Shown one piece after another: positions 37,606 to 49,774 of a DNA stretch of 64,000 bases (the stretch's first letter is position 1; each line of letters begins with the position of its first letter). The stretch comes from Leucoraja erinacea (taxonomy: Eukaryota): assembly GCF_028641065.1 (NCBI RefSeq), contig NC_073396.1, forward strand, positions 13,454,001 through 13,518,000. Reading direction: 5' to 3'. Under the pieces are notes generated by a model that saw only the letters and a list, made by a program, of their open reading frames with translations, did no database searches and was not told the origin of the DNA. The position numbers were made by a program, and so were the translations under genes.

Positions 37606-37866
37606 TTAGGTAAGCTCTGATTGTCCACACTGGCAAGTGACAGTCAGCTTGATCAAGTTAACTTGTTTAAGCAGTTGACTTTGATTAAAAATCACCAGCC
37701 CAGCCAGGACAACAGATCTTCATGGTCAGGTCAAGAACCCTGAACTTATAACAACTGAGACTTGAAAATGGCGGCAAACTGGCGACTGTATACTGTCTCA
37801 GTGTACTACTGGTACACACTTATACTCATGCTTTACACAGGCTTAACCAATATATATCTACGTGCT

Positions 37867-37957
37867 ACACAAAAAAACTGGAGAAACTCAGTGGGTGCAG
37901 CAGCATCTATGGAGCGAAGGAAATAGGCAACGTTTCGGGCCGAAACCCTCCTTCAGA
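37867..37957 (-). mobile_element. Hammerhead micro-element B with 9-bp TSD
   Basis: ctacgtgct at 37858-37866 and 37958-37966. Confidence 0.85.
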
Positions 37958-39225
37958 CTACGTGCTTATGTACAGTGATGCTTGTATGGAACTGTATACA
38001 AAAATGAATTTCACTCTAACTCAGTAGACAAATAAAGTACCATACCATACCAATCTGTGTTTTCGCCAATAGTGCAATGCTCCTTGCTGAAAGTTTCACT
38101 GAATATTTTTATTTGAATGTGTAACTTTAATCTGCAGCATTGTATCGAATGGAACTAAGAGTTAGGGCAGGAGATGCCTCTTTGTTTTAGTCCAAAGTAA
38201 AACTTCAATCCACTTTCTTCTTTCTTGTGACCCCGCCCCTCAAGCGGAACATCTGAGACCAACATTAGCAACCCATGGTTCAACACCACAACGTTTAAGC
38301 CTCCTGCCTGCTCATGGAACCTCTTTGCACCACAGGGGGCCTGGAAAATAAAGTTATGTTAAGGAGGGCTGATTGGATAACTTATTGCTATAAATTATGA
38401 ATCCTGCATTTACTTTATAGCTTGCAGATGATCATCTTATTGCACCCCTTTGAACACTGAATTATAGGTTTGAGCTTTTGGCAGGATGTCAGCAATGTAT
38501 TTTGACATGTGCATTTGCCTTCAGATTCAATAACCCCACACCCTTTATTATTGAACCTCAAGGTCATGAAAATAAAAATGCAGAGTATCAATTTTTCAGT
38601 GATGGCGGCCAACTTGCTTTCAACGTCACGCTAAAAGTTACAAGCACACTTTCTTGATGAAATCCGCTAGTTTTAGCAAATTGATAAGTATAGGGGTTCA
38701 ACTGATGCAAACGAGAGCAGGATGGTCAGATTGTCAGGATTGTCACAGTGATTTAATGTCATTCCTGCAATCCCACGTGCGTGCTTCTCGTTCCCCCGTA
38801 GCGCCAAACCTAAAGGATTTGGCTGCTCCTCATTAACAGAAGCCTTTGGCTGCTGCCCAGTCCTCCCCAAGTCCCAGCTAAGCAGAGTATTTATTGATGA
38901 GACAAGGAAATCAATAATGGCTTTACTAAGTAATGACGAAATGATGCATTGTTGTCACCGCTGAAATGTGCAGAAGGACAAATCTTGTCTTAACATTATG
39001 AAACTGAATAACCCTTGTGTGGGAGTAAAATTCACGGACAGTAAATTATAGACAGTGTGAACAACCAAGTGAAAGGCAAAACGGATCCAGCAAATAACCC
39101 AATTGCTGGAAATTATAGTGAGATTGCTGTGGCTTCAATTTACCAGATGGCAGTAATCACTACATACTAAGTTAGATACCTACAGGCAAATACAGTTAGA
39201 ACATTTGTTTACATGTGTACATTTA

Positions 39226-39818
39226 CCGGGTGGCACCGTACGATGCCAGCCTCGCCACCAGTCTGTCTCATCCTTTTCTTCTTTTGTTGTTTTTATTCTG
39301 TTGTTAAATGTATGTTTCAGTGTATCTTTGGTGTTTGTGTTATGAGGGGGGGGGAGGAAATGGGGGATTAAAAAAAAATCTCTTTCCTCGACGGAGATGC
39401 AACTTTTACGTATTGTATCTCTGTCCGCATTGCGGCCTAATATTGTGGAGCAGGCAGTTCCTTTGTCAGGGCTCCAACCCCGGGTGCGTGCGGATTTAAC
39501 ATCGTGGAGTTTGCGGTCCCTTGGTTAGGAGTCGACTTCGGGAGCTCCAATTCCAGGAGCTTCGACCATCCCGATCGCAGGTGCTTCAATCGCCGGCTGC
39601 GGTTGGTTCGACTGCACCGACCACGGGAGAAAAGGAGGGAAGAAGATAATACGTTATTGCCTTCCATCACAGTGCAATGTGGTCGATGTTTATGTTAATT
39701 TTTATGTAGTTGTGTGTCCTGTTGCTTTTTTGGTATAACTGTATAGCAAATCAAATTCCTTGTATGTTTTTACATACTTGGTTAATAAATTAATTACATT
39801 AAATTAATTACAATTATA
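39226..39818 (+). mobile_element. CpG-rich short element with Rex1-type tail
   Basis: Shares gccttcca.cacagtg...gatgttt.tgt.aattt with 33790-33850; aataaa and (aattac)-like tail. Confidence 0.55.
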
Positions 39819-41249
39819 CAGACACTAAAAGGCCTGGTATATTCTTTACTGTGTAATAGAATTATATTCTAAAGTCAATGTATAGACAATCCCTTATGCA
39901 TTCACACTACCAGTCTAAAGATTAAGAGAATACTTCTGGAATTACCTCACTATTAATCTGTATTTCTGGGGTAGGGGGATTGTCAAGAGTTCCCTCAACT
40001 GTACAAAAATACAATTCTACCATGGGTTAAAGACTATGCGTTCACCTAATCTACACCCCTCATGATTTTATACATCTGAATAAGATCATCTCTCCATCTC
40101 CTGAGCTTCTAGGAATAAACTCCCAGCCTATCCAACAACTCCCTACAGCTCCAGTCCCCGGAGTCCTGGCACCATCCTTTCTGCACTCTAACCAGCTAAA
40201 TTGTATCTTTCTTTTATCAGGGTGACCAAATCTGAACTCAATGTTCTAGAGGGAAGGTAAAGGTCCCAGCCTGACACCAGTGAGGATATCTGGCCCTTCT
40301 GCCCATTGTGTTGGGGCTGGCAGGAGTGTGGTTGAAATGCAGCACAGCCCCAACATCAGAGTGGCTTTCTCTCGCCCCGATGACCTTGGCTCGCAGAGGC
40401 TGCACAACGCAGACCCACCAAGATGGTCCCATTGTAACCATTAGCCAGCAGTGATCTAACCTCATCATTACAAACCCACAATGACCAGAAAATCAGATAA
40501 TCTGACTGATATGTAAGCCTCCATGTTGGCCAGGTTTAGCTGGAGGCAAAGGAAATTACACTGCTTAGTTTATAATGACAGACTTTGCAAGAACACAGTT
40601 CCAATACCACCAAAAATGAAGAAACAGGCAGAGCAACTGTGACTGCAATCACATCTTGAATCCAACCGGATTAATAACCCACCGCAACAAATAACACTTA
40701 ACGTTCCACAAAATTGCCAGCTGGGCTCAGGAAGCAGTCGCTCCTCATCCCTTTTCAAGTTGTTTCGGCCACCATGCCGGCTGGTGAGGAGGCTGTGCTT
40801 GTAACCCTGCCAGGAGTACCCTTCAGATTCCAGGAATTAATGGCAAGCAGGAACCCTGGAGACAACAGGCAGGCTAAAGGCAGTTAGGAATGATGATTAA
40901 CGAACGGCTGTTTAACAAGCAGTGTGGTTGTTGTTTTAACTGCATGATATATATACTTGCAAATGTGATAAAGACCATAGCTAAGTGCTTTTGCATCATT
41001 TTGAAAATCATCCAGCCACTGCTCACAGGAACTTGTGGTTTAGTTGGCACCAGCCAGCATCAATCCCCGAGCTGTGCTGTTTTTCTGCTGTAAGGTCTTT
41101 GAGTTGGGACGTTAATGGTTTCTCTCTCTACGGATGCTGCCTGTGCACCTGTGTGTTCCAGCATTGGCTGTTTTTAACTGAACAGCTGCATTTTTTGAGC
41201 AATTGGGGAAGGAGCTCCACTTTCAATGGTCCCAGTTATTTCTTGGTAT

Positions 41250-41700
41250 CACACGGAATGAATCACACTGGCTGAAGACTGGCTTCTATGATGCTTGGGA
41301 TCTCTGGAGGAAGCTGAGATGGATCATTTAGAAGGCTCTTCTGACTGAACATGCCTATGTCTGCTTCCACTTTACAAAGGGCCCATTGCTGTTGAGTGTG
41401 AGGATCTTCTTGGAACCTCCTCCTTCCATTACCTGTTAACGTGACCTTGCCGTTCATGGCTAGATATTGCAAGGGTACAGAGTTATGATCTGATTCATTT
41501 GTTATGCGATCACTTAGTTCTCTCCGTCGCATGCTGTCTAGCTATTCAGCATGCACGTGGTGAAGTGTTGCAGCTTAATACTAGCATCTTATTTTCCGAT
41601 GCATTTGCTGCGGCTTCCAGCATGTCCTTCTGCACTCCTCATTGTATCAGAGTTCATCGCTTGGCTTGATCGTAATGCTAGAGGGAGGAATGTGCCATGA
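41250..41700 (-). mobile_element. Ancient CR1-like remnant
   Basis: Weak recalled similarity (tgcactcctcattg..cag.gtt.atc.c.tggcttgat.gtaatg.tagag). Confidence 0.35.
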
Positions 41701-41719
41701 CATTTCAGGTTGTGATGGT

Positions 41720-42665
41720 GGACATTTGTGCATTCTCTGGAATTCAGGAGAATGAGATGTGATTTCACTAGAACTTGCTACGTTCTTTGGTTTGACAGGC
41801 TGGACGCAGGAAGGAGGCTGAGGAGTCCAGAAACAGGAGCCAGAATCTCAGAATATGAGGAGGGTCACTTAGCACAGATATGAGGAGAAATTCCTCGTCT
41901 CCAGGGGCAGTGATTATTTGAGATTCTCTACTCTGTGGGGCTCAGTCAGTGGTAATTTAAAGCAGAGGTTGATAGACTTCTGGACGTTAAGGAAATCAAG
42001 GAATATGGGGTTCATGCGAGAAAATGGCTTAGAGTTAGATAGTCCTGGTCTTGATGAATGTCAGAGCTGGCTTGAAGTTCTTATCTCTAAATCATATTTT
42101 ATTTTATTAAGGCTGTACAATACCCTCCTAGTTGACTCAGGTACATGAAATCATGAGGAGTCTCGACAGAGTAGGCTGCAGAAAACATTGCCCTTTATTT
42201 GAGGTAGGCGAAACAAGAAGACATAGATTTAGGATTAAGAGGAAGAGATTCTGAAAGAATCCGAGGGGGCTTTCTTCACCCAGAGGGTGGTGAGTGCCGG
42301 GAATGCACTGCCTGAGGGAATGGTGGAAGCAGAGTCACTGACAGCATATTGAGTCACACAGTCATTCAGTGTGGAAACAGTACCTTTGGCCCAACTGGCC
42401 CACACCGATCAACCTGTCCCATCTACACTCGTCCCACCGGCCCATATCCTTTTAAACCTATTCTATCCATGTACCCGTCTAAATGTTTCTTAATCGTTGC
42501 GATAGTGCTTAAGAAATCCCTAGACGAGCACTTGAAACGCTAAGGCATAGAAGGGAATGAGCCAAGTGCTAGGAGAGGGGATTAGTGCAGAAGGGTACCT
42601 ATTGGTTGGTGTGGATATGGTGAGCTGAATGGTCCTTTTCCATGCTGTATCTCTCTCTGGCTCTA
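41720..42665 (+). mobile_element. Stack of old CR1 fragments, with a minus-strand CR1 tip nested at 42348-42505
   Basis: ttcttcacccagagggtggtgagtgcc.ggaatgcactgcctgag and related motifs. Confidence 0.6.
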
Positions 42666-43504
42666 TACCTTGAATAAGGGTTGTGGGTCATCATGCTACA
42701 GATGTATCAGACTGAGATCCCACCCGCCCTCTCAAATGGACATAAAAGTTCCTGCAGAAATGCTTTAAAGATAAGTTTTATTAATCCATTTATCAACATC
42801 ATTAACACAAGATATTTGTGAGCGTTACTAACTCAGTGCTAGAATGCAACTACTGCAGATGAAACTAAAAAATAAAAGTTAATTTCTGTTTTTTTGTGGA
42901 AATACTGTAACTGCTGCAGAAATACAGTGCTCAGAGGTGCAGTAAATACAGAGGAATGGTGTTTATTTGTCTGCTCAGATGCTTATGCTTCAGAACTTCC
43001 CCAGGATCAATTCCCCTGAACTGTGAAATTATTACCAAGGCACTTGGGGATCGCAGGTGCCAGTCACTGACATGTTAGTGTGTGATGGTTAAATTAATCG
43101 CAGTATGAACAGGAAAAATTAGAAGCAGACAAAGTGTAGGCTGCTTTGATTTACCACAACTCAATGGAGAGAAAATTTATAGCCGGCTTATTCATTGATG
43201 TAGAACTCGGTCAAACACCTCCCAGTTCTACCTGTCGAAATCAGCTCACAATATGATCAAAGTGGATTATTTATCTATATTTGTGGCAACTACTTAAACT
43301 GTTTGTCTCTGATTTATTTTCCTTTGTCTTCTCCCTTCCACTGTGCTCTCGTCTGCACTGATAGCCATCCGCTACCCTGTCAATGGACCTGAATTGCATT
43401 GCATTGACAGCTCAGGAGCAGGCCATTGTACACACAACCCTCCTCCCTGTTTGTAAGTGTTTCATATTGCAGTTAAGACAAAAAGAGTGCTTGTCAACTC
43501 TTCA

Positions 43505-43810
43505 GCAGCACAGTGGCACAGCGGTAGAGTCGCTGCCTTACAGCGGGTTCGATTCTGACTACGGGCGCTTTCTGTATGGAGTTTGTACATTCTCCCTGTG
43601 ACCGTGTGGGTTTATTGGGAGCTATGATTTCTTCTCACCTTTAAAAAAAAAACAGGTTTATATATTAATTGGCTTCGGTAAAAATTGTAAATTGTCCCTA
43701 GTGTGTTAGTGTACGGGGATTGCTGGCCGACATGGACTAGATGGGCCAAAGGGCCTATTTCCGCTCTGTATCTCTAAACGAAACAAAACTAAACTATACT
43801 AAACTAAACT
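43505..43810 (+). mobile_element. HE1-type SINE
   Basis: gcacagtggcacagcggtagagtcgctgcc head, gggttcgatt, (ctaaa)n tail. Confidence 0.82.
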
Positions 43811-44961
43811 GATTGATCACAGAAGGAATCACACAGACAAATAAGACATAGGAGCAGAATTAGGCCAGTCAGCACATCGAGTCTACTCCACCATTCAATC
43901 GTGGCTGATCTATTTTTCTCACTCAACTCTATTTTCCTTCCTTCTCTCCGAAACCTTTGATGCCGAGGAGACCCTCATCCTCCACCACAATGCCCATATC
44001 CATACTCTCCAAAAAGATCTTACAGCTCTCCTATTTCTTCTCCACCCTACACTCCTCCTCCCTCTCCCACCACTCTGTGATACCACAGACCCTCCAACCT
44101 CACAGCTGCAACCGCTACCATAATGGTGAAATGAGAGGGAATTCTGACACTGAGCTCACTAATGTGATCAACCTCAGAAAATGGAATGAAAGGTTTGCTT
44201 CTTGTTCCGATGGCAGCTGGAGTTAAGAGATAGTTCCCGGTGCTCACTGCAAATCTCAGAAACACAAATATGAGTCTTAGCTCCTGTGATTGTAATTGTG
44301 AAGGGAATGGAACTCAATTTCTCAGAAGCAATATCAGAAACAAACTCAGAAGAATTTCCTTAAATTCGACCTTTCTGGCCGATGGAATGATTTTCTTGAT
44401 ATGCCTCATTTCCCTTAAAACCTTTGGTCCCGTGGTCTCAGATCCAGCCTGGGTTTGTTTTCCATGGAGCTGAGGAAATTGAGGTGGGTACCTATTCATG
44501 TTGAATGCATTTATGAAGGGCATGGATAGGGCAGATAATAGGAAACTTACAGGAATTTAAAACTAGGTTTAGGATAAGAGGTGAATTTTAGAGGAGAACG
44601 GAGGAAGATTTATTTTCATGCAGAGAGGGATTGGAATCTGGAACTTGCTGGTTGAGGGGATGAAGGAGAGAAAGACCGATAACATTTAAGAAGTATCTGA
44701 ATGAGCATTTGAACTGCAAATGCAAAGAAGGCTATAGACCATATACTGGTAAATGGGACTAGTATAATTAGATACTTTAGTATAGTTAGTATAGACAAGA
44801 TGGGCTGAAGGGCGTGCATCTATGTCGTATGAGCCTATCTCTTAAAGGCTCCATGACAGTCTATTTCTAAGACTATGTTTCTATGTCCCTGTCTCTCAGA
44901 CTCGATGGTTCCAGGACTATGACTATCACTCTATCTCTGAAACTCTATGATAAGAGCGTAA

Positions 44962-45055
44962 GGTACACAAAATTGCTGGAGAAACTCAGCGGGTGCAGCA
45001 GCATCTATGGAGCGAAGGAAATAGGCGACGTTTCGGGCCGAAACCCTTCTTCAGA
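44962..45055 (-). mobile_element. Hammerhead micro-element B (94 bp) with perfect 15-bp TSD
   Basis: atgataagagcgtaa at 44947-44961 and 45056-45070. Confidence 0.9.
45024..45055 (-). ncRNA. Minimal type I hammerhead ribozyme motif
   Basis: u-CUGAAGA-A-GGGU(UUCG)GCCC-GAAAC-GUC-gcc; all core nucleotides intact; activity untested. Confidence 0.62.
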
Positions 45056-45959
45056 ATGATAAGAGCGTAACCTGAAGGTCAGGATTCTATTTAAAATGAA
45101 TAGTTGATTGAGATTTAACTGTCTCTGTGTTTCTACTGCTTCCTGCGTGCATTTTATTTCTTAGCTTCGCTCCTGAAAGGGGTCCAGATTTTAGCGGATC
45201 CCCCCAGTCCTAGTCTTGCCGACCAAGGCGAATAGTTCCTCTATCAATTCTGAAAAAGTTAATCTCTCCAGAGTTACAGTAGCATCACTGTCCCGAGACT
45301 TTAAAAAAGAACAAATGTCCTATTGTGCTTCGAGTGAAACATCACGCTGCAGATGGCAGCTCACGATGGCTTTGCCAACTCCGGAATGTGTCCCTGGCTG
45401 TTTCATCGTGACCTTTTGCAAGTGACCCACCCTCACACTCAGCCCATTGTTCACCCAAGACGTCAGCCCTCTCATCACCCAGTTGTTCGCTTCTTGACTG
45501 CCGGCCACAAGCCTTTGCCCCGACACCTCCATCAAATATTTTTTATAAATAATAAACAGAAGACTTCAAAGAAAATGAAATTTTAAAAAGCATGCAGTTT
45601 CCTTCAATGCTCTTCTTGTGGCATGGCCAGTTTTTCGCTTGCAGTAATGCCCCGGGAATTAACCTTCATTTCCTGGAGAGTCCAGAACACATTTGGACCA
45701 TTGGCAGCCTTCGTTCGAGGCTGCAGTGAGGCAGGGCTGTTAAAGACAAGCTACACAACCAGACCAACATTTCTCTCTCTAGTCAGGAAAAGGCAGGTTG
45801 TGTGGCAAGTTCAATTCTAAAATCTCTATCGGGCAGACTGAAGATTACATACAAAACATGAATAAGAAGCAGGAAGACCACTTGGCCCATCAAGACAGCT
45901 CTGCCATTTAATAAGATTAATTGGCTAATATTTGGACATAACAAGAGATAGGTTGTAGC

Positions 45960-46225
45960 GTTGAGCTGAGATGGGTAAAGTTTAAAGGAGATGTCAGGGC
46001 AATTATTTTCCACAGAGGGGGGCGGGTGCCAGGAACACACAGCTGAGGGTGGTTTTTGGGAGGTTTTTAGATGGGCGCATGGATATGCTGGGAATGGAGG
46101 GATATGGATCATGTGCAGGCAGATGAAATTAGTTTAACTTGGCATCATGTTCAACGCAGGCATGGTGGGCTGAAGGGCTTATTCCTGTGCTGCACTGTTC
46201 TCCGTTCTATTTCCTATGTTCTATG
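45960..46225 (+). mobile_element. CR1 3' fragment
   Basis: gagggatatggatcatgtgcaggcaga...gaagggc.t.ttcctgtgctg.actgttct. Confidence 0.7.
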
Positions 46226-46465
46226 CATATAAAATCAGGTTCATGTATGCCAACAGAACTGTGTGGATAAACATAACCCCGCAGAAGAATGTTGCATGCT
46301 GTGGTTTCTTTTTGTTGGAAAATAAGAAGATGGTAAGGTTGGCAAAAATCCTATGTGATGAATTTGCCAGTGAGCAATAAAAGGGTTAAAGTGTGTAAAA
46401 TTGTTCAACCCCTTTCACAATTGTAGACACCTTTATTTAAAGTTGCACGGAGGATTGTCCAGGGA

Positions 46466-46622
46466 AATTATCTGGTCATTATCATGGTTGTGTGTGTGGG
46501 GGATTACTGTGCATACAGTATATGAATTACTATGTCTCCTACACTCCAGTGACCACACTTCAGAAAGTATTTAATTGAGTGAAACATTTGGGAAGTCCTG
46601 CACTTGCGAGAGGTGTACAAGG
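46466..46622 (+). mobile_element. Deu-domain SINE 3' remnant
   Basis: attatctggtcattatca...cagtgaccacacttcagaaagtatttaattg...tttgggaagtcctg. Confidence 0.55.
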
Positions 46623-47490
46623 TTCCCCTTTCTCTATTCAGGAAGGAACATATTCTGGTTTTTCTCTCACTCCCTTCAAATCCTGTTTGGATAATTTACT
46701 GGCAAACTGGTTATCTGTTATGAAAGGTCAGTGTATGTTTATCTTTACTATCTGTGACCGAAACTTAGAACCAACCGAGGCACGTGAAAGGCTACGGTTT
46801 GGGTTATTATTGTTTGAATGCAGCTACTGTTGGTCTGCAACAGAAACGGAACCTCATTAACAGACTGTATATGACTGACCTGAATTATGGCATTGCTTTC
46901 TAAGTGCGTTCAATGGGTCTCACTAGTCTTAGATTTAATGGAAGAGGAAATGCTTGCAGGTCAATGGTCTACTGTGCCTCATTACAGTTGTATGAACACC
47001 AGTAAATCAGCAGTGAAGTTTTGCTCCAATTTAACCAGATTGGTGCTGCCTGATGTAAGTGGGTGAGACCAGCAGAGTCAGTGACTGCCTTTTGTGGCCC
47101 AATGGGACAGACCCTTGCTGGAATAACACAAAAGCCGTTTGGAACTAAATGTGCAGGATCTGCACAGAGTTAGCAGGGTTAAGTCCTCGTGGAGGTTGGT
47201 CTGCTACATTTGACCCCCTCACTGGGTAAAAAATAAAGAGCAAAAAAAAACCCCAAAAAACAATGCTGGAGGAACTGAGCAGGTCAAGCAGCATCTGCGG
47301 AGGTAAATATACAGATGACATCTCGGATCAGGATCCTTCTTCAAATAAGCAATAAAACAGGGCAGCGTGCCAAAGTGCTCCAGGTTCAGCTCCTGCTGCA
47401 TTTGAGGGGAGTGGGTGACACGGAGTAAAGAGCCAGCAATGTCGCCGCCTCAAGGTCCTCCAATCTAGCGATCCACTATTTACCACTCCA

Positions 47491-47750
47491 GAGGAAAGAA
47501 ACGGAGAAAAAGAAAGAGAAAAGGAGAAAAAGAGAAAGAAAGAGAAAGCAAAAGAGAGAGAGAGGCGAAAGAAAGATGGAAAGAAAGAAAAAAAAAGAAA
47601 GAGAAACAATGAGAGAAAGAGAGATAGATAGAGAGAAAAAGAAAAAGAGAAAAAGAGAAAGAAAAAGAGAGAAAGAGAGAAAATGAAAGAGATGGAGAGA
47701 AAGGGAGTGAAAGAAAGGGAGAGAAAGAAAGGTGAAGGAGTGTGGGAAAG
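47491..47750 (+). repeat. Polypurine (GA-rich) low-complexity tract
   Basis: ~260 bp almost entirely A/G. Confidence 0.95.
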
Positions 47751-48794
47751 TGAGTGACTAAATAAGTAAGAGCGGCTGAATCCACAAGGTCCTGATTCAG
47801 AGGTTAGGTGTGAGTTTCTGAGCCGCAGCTGAGATAGCTGGAACTTCATCTGGGAGTCTCAGTATCGTAGTATTGCCAGCATTGATGAGCAAATTTAGAA
47901 TTACTGTTTGTCTTTGTCTTCAGTCATTTTTCCTCATCCTTGTGTATCTCTGGACCACCTGTAGGTTTTGCCGAGGATCTGGGACATTTTCTGCTGTCGA
48001 GAAGGTCAAGGGAAGGTTTGACAGAGATGGTCACAGTTTTCAATGGTTTGACGAGCAGATATTGAGGAACTGTTCCCAGGGGCTGAAGTGCATTCTGTAA
48101 GGGCGAGTGAAGCAGAGAACATGGATTTAAAGAGCAAAATTGAAAAATCATTTAAACATAGTGATTGCAGTTGAGAAAGTTCTGAATGAAAGTAGATTCT
48201 TGTGGATAAATACATGAGAGATGTTACCAGCCAGGGAAAGGATTTATCTTTAAATGCAACACTTAATCGATAGAACCAACACAACAGGGAATCCAATGGC
48301 CTCCTCCTGAGCTATAATTCTATGACTAATTATTTTGAGTTTGTGATTGTAGCGCTCACTATACACCAGTCGAGACTACACATTAACACTAGGGATATGA
48401 GTAATATTGGATAGTGTCCAGGAAAAAGTGACCTTGATCAATGAAAACAAGCTTCACATTAGCAAGCTGTTAGCGAGGCTGGTGTTTTATGACGAGTGTT
48501 GAAGAATTTTCCAAAACAGAATTAAATTAACGTTGTGCCTTTGCAAATGCATTGGCCAGATTTTCCAATAGTTGCAGGAAAAGAAACGGTTATATATTTT
48601 CAAGGATTTCCTGACTCTCCGGTTTATCGAATGTCACCCCTTCTATAATTCCTCATTATGTCTTTCTTAATGTTGCAGTTTGGAGAGATACTCATTTTGC
48701 AATTGACAAAGAGGTTGGGTTAGTTGTCAATGCAAATGCAGGAAATAGTCTGAAGCGCATTGTGTAAAATGCTTTGTGAATGAATGGATTGAAT

Positions 48795-49192
48795 GGGCTT
48801 ATATTCACTGGAATTTAGAAGGATGAGAGGAGATTTTATTGAAACATGTAAAATTCTTAAGGGATTGGACAGGCTAGATGCAGGAAAAATGTTGCCAATG
48901 TTGGGGGAGTCCAGAACCAAGGCTCACAGTTTAAGAATAAGGGGTAGGCCATTTAGGAATACTTTTTCACCCAGAGAGTTGTGAATCTGTGGAATGCTCC
49001 GCCACAGAAGGCAGTGGAGGTCAATTCACTGGATGTTTTCAAGAGTAGATATAGCTCTTTGGGCTAACGGAATCAAGGGATATGGAGAGAAAGCAGGAAC
49101 GGGGTACCGATTTAGGATGATCATATTGAATGGTGGTGCTGGCTTGAAGGGCTGAATGGCATTACTCCTGCACCTATTTTCTATGTTTCTAT
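48795..49192 (+). mobile_element. CR1/HER1 3' end
   Basis: GLYSLEFRRMRGDFIET.KILKGLDRLDAGKM.PMLGESRT. Confidence 0.9.
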
Positions 49193-49219
49193 CTGTATGA
49201 AGAACACAGATGAGAGGGT

Positions 49220-49402
49220 ACACAAAAATGCTGGTGAAACTCAGCGGGTGCAGCAGCATCTATGGAGCGAAGGAGGTAGGTAACGTTTCGGACCGAAACC
49301 CTTCTTCAGACTCCTTCACTCCATAGATGCTGCTGCGCCCGCTGAGTTTCTCCAGTATTTTTGTGTACCTTCGGTTTTCCAGCATCTGCCGTTCCTTCTT
49401 AA
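49220..49402. mobile_element. Palindromic hammerhead element B (inverted arms plus tail) with 14-bp TSD
   Basis: acagatgagagggt at 49206-49219 and 49403-49416; arms ~49218-49275 and ~49312-49369 are reverse complements. Confidence 0.88.
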
Positions 49403-49774
49403 ACAGATGAGAGGGTTATCAGCCTGTGATGTCCTCACCAGAAGGGACAATTAGTTGAGGGCAGACTTCATCCATGTATCTGGAGGGACTTGGTAGCATC
49501 ACCAACTGATCCTGAAGGACTTGTTTTGGATGGCGAGTGGTCGAGTGAACCAAAATAAGTTATAAACCAACGTATGCTTGCTTTCCCCAGTCTACCTGTT
49601 GAAGATGCATCTGCTCCTGATGAGAGTAATGCCTGCAAAGTGCATATACTGATAAAGCCCTGTCCATCCATCAGCAAAGCAAAGGAAGGTGTTACCGACA
49701 ATGCAATTGAGTGCAAATCGCTTGCCAGTATATCAGACCTCCATCTCAAAACACTGGCCTCACAAAATCCTGAC

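Noticed and set aside
38326-38343. CTCF-like motif caccacagggggcc
   Set aside because: Only a partial match, expected by chance.
44835-44950. Degenerate ctatga/ctct tandem pattern
   Set aside because: Explained as the decayed, expanded microsatellite tail of the upstream CR1.
45216-45586. Overlapping ORFs in unique sequence as an exon
   Set aside because: No recognisable protein similarity or convincing splice-site pair.
47328-47849. F/S/L-rich 173-aa membrane-like ORF
   Set aside because: Translation of the polypyrimidine strand of a simple repeat.
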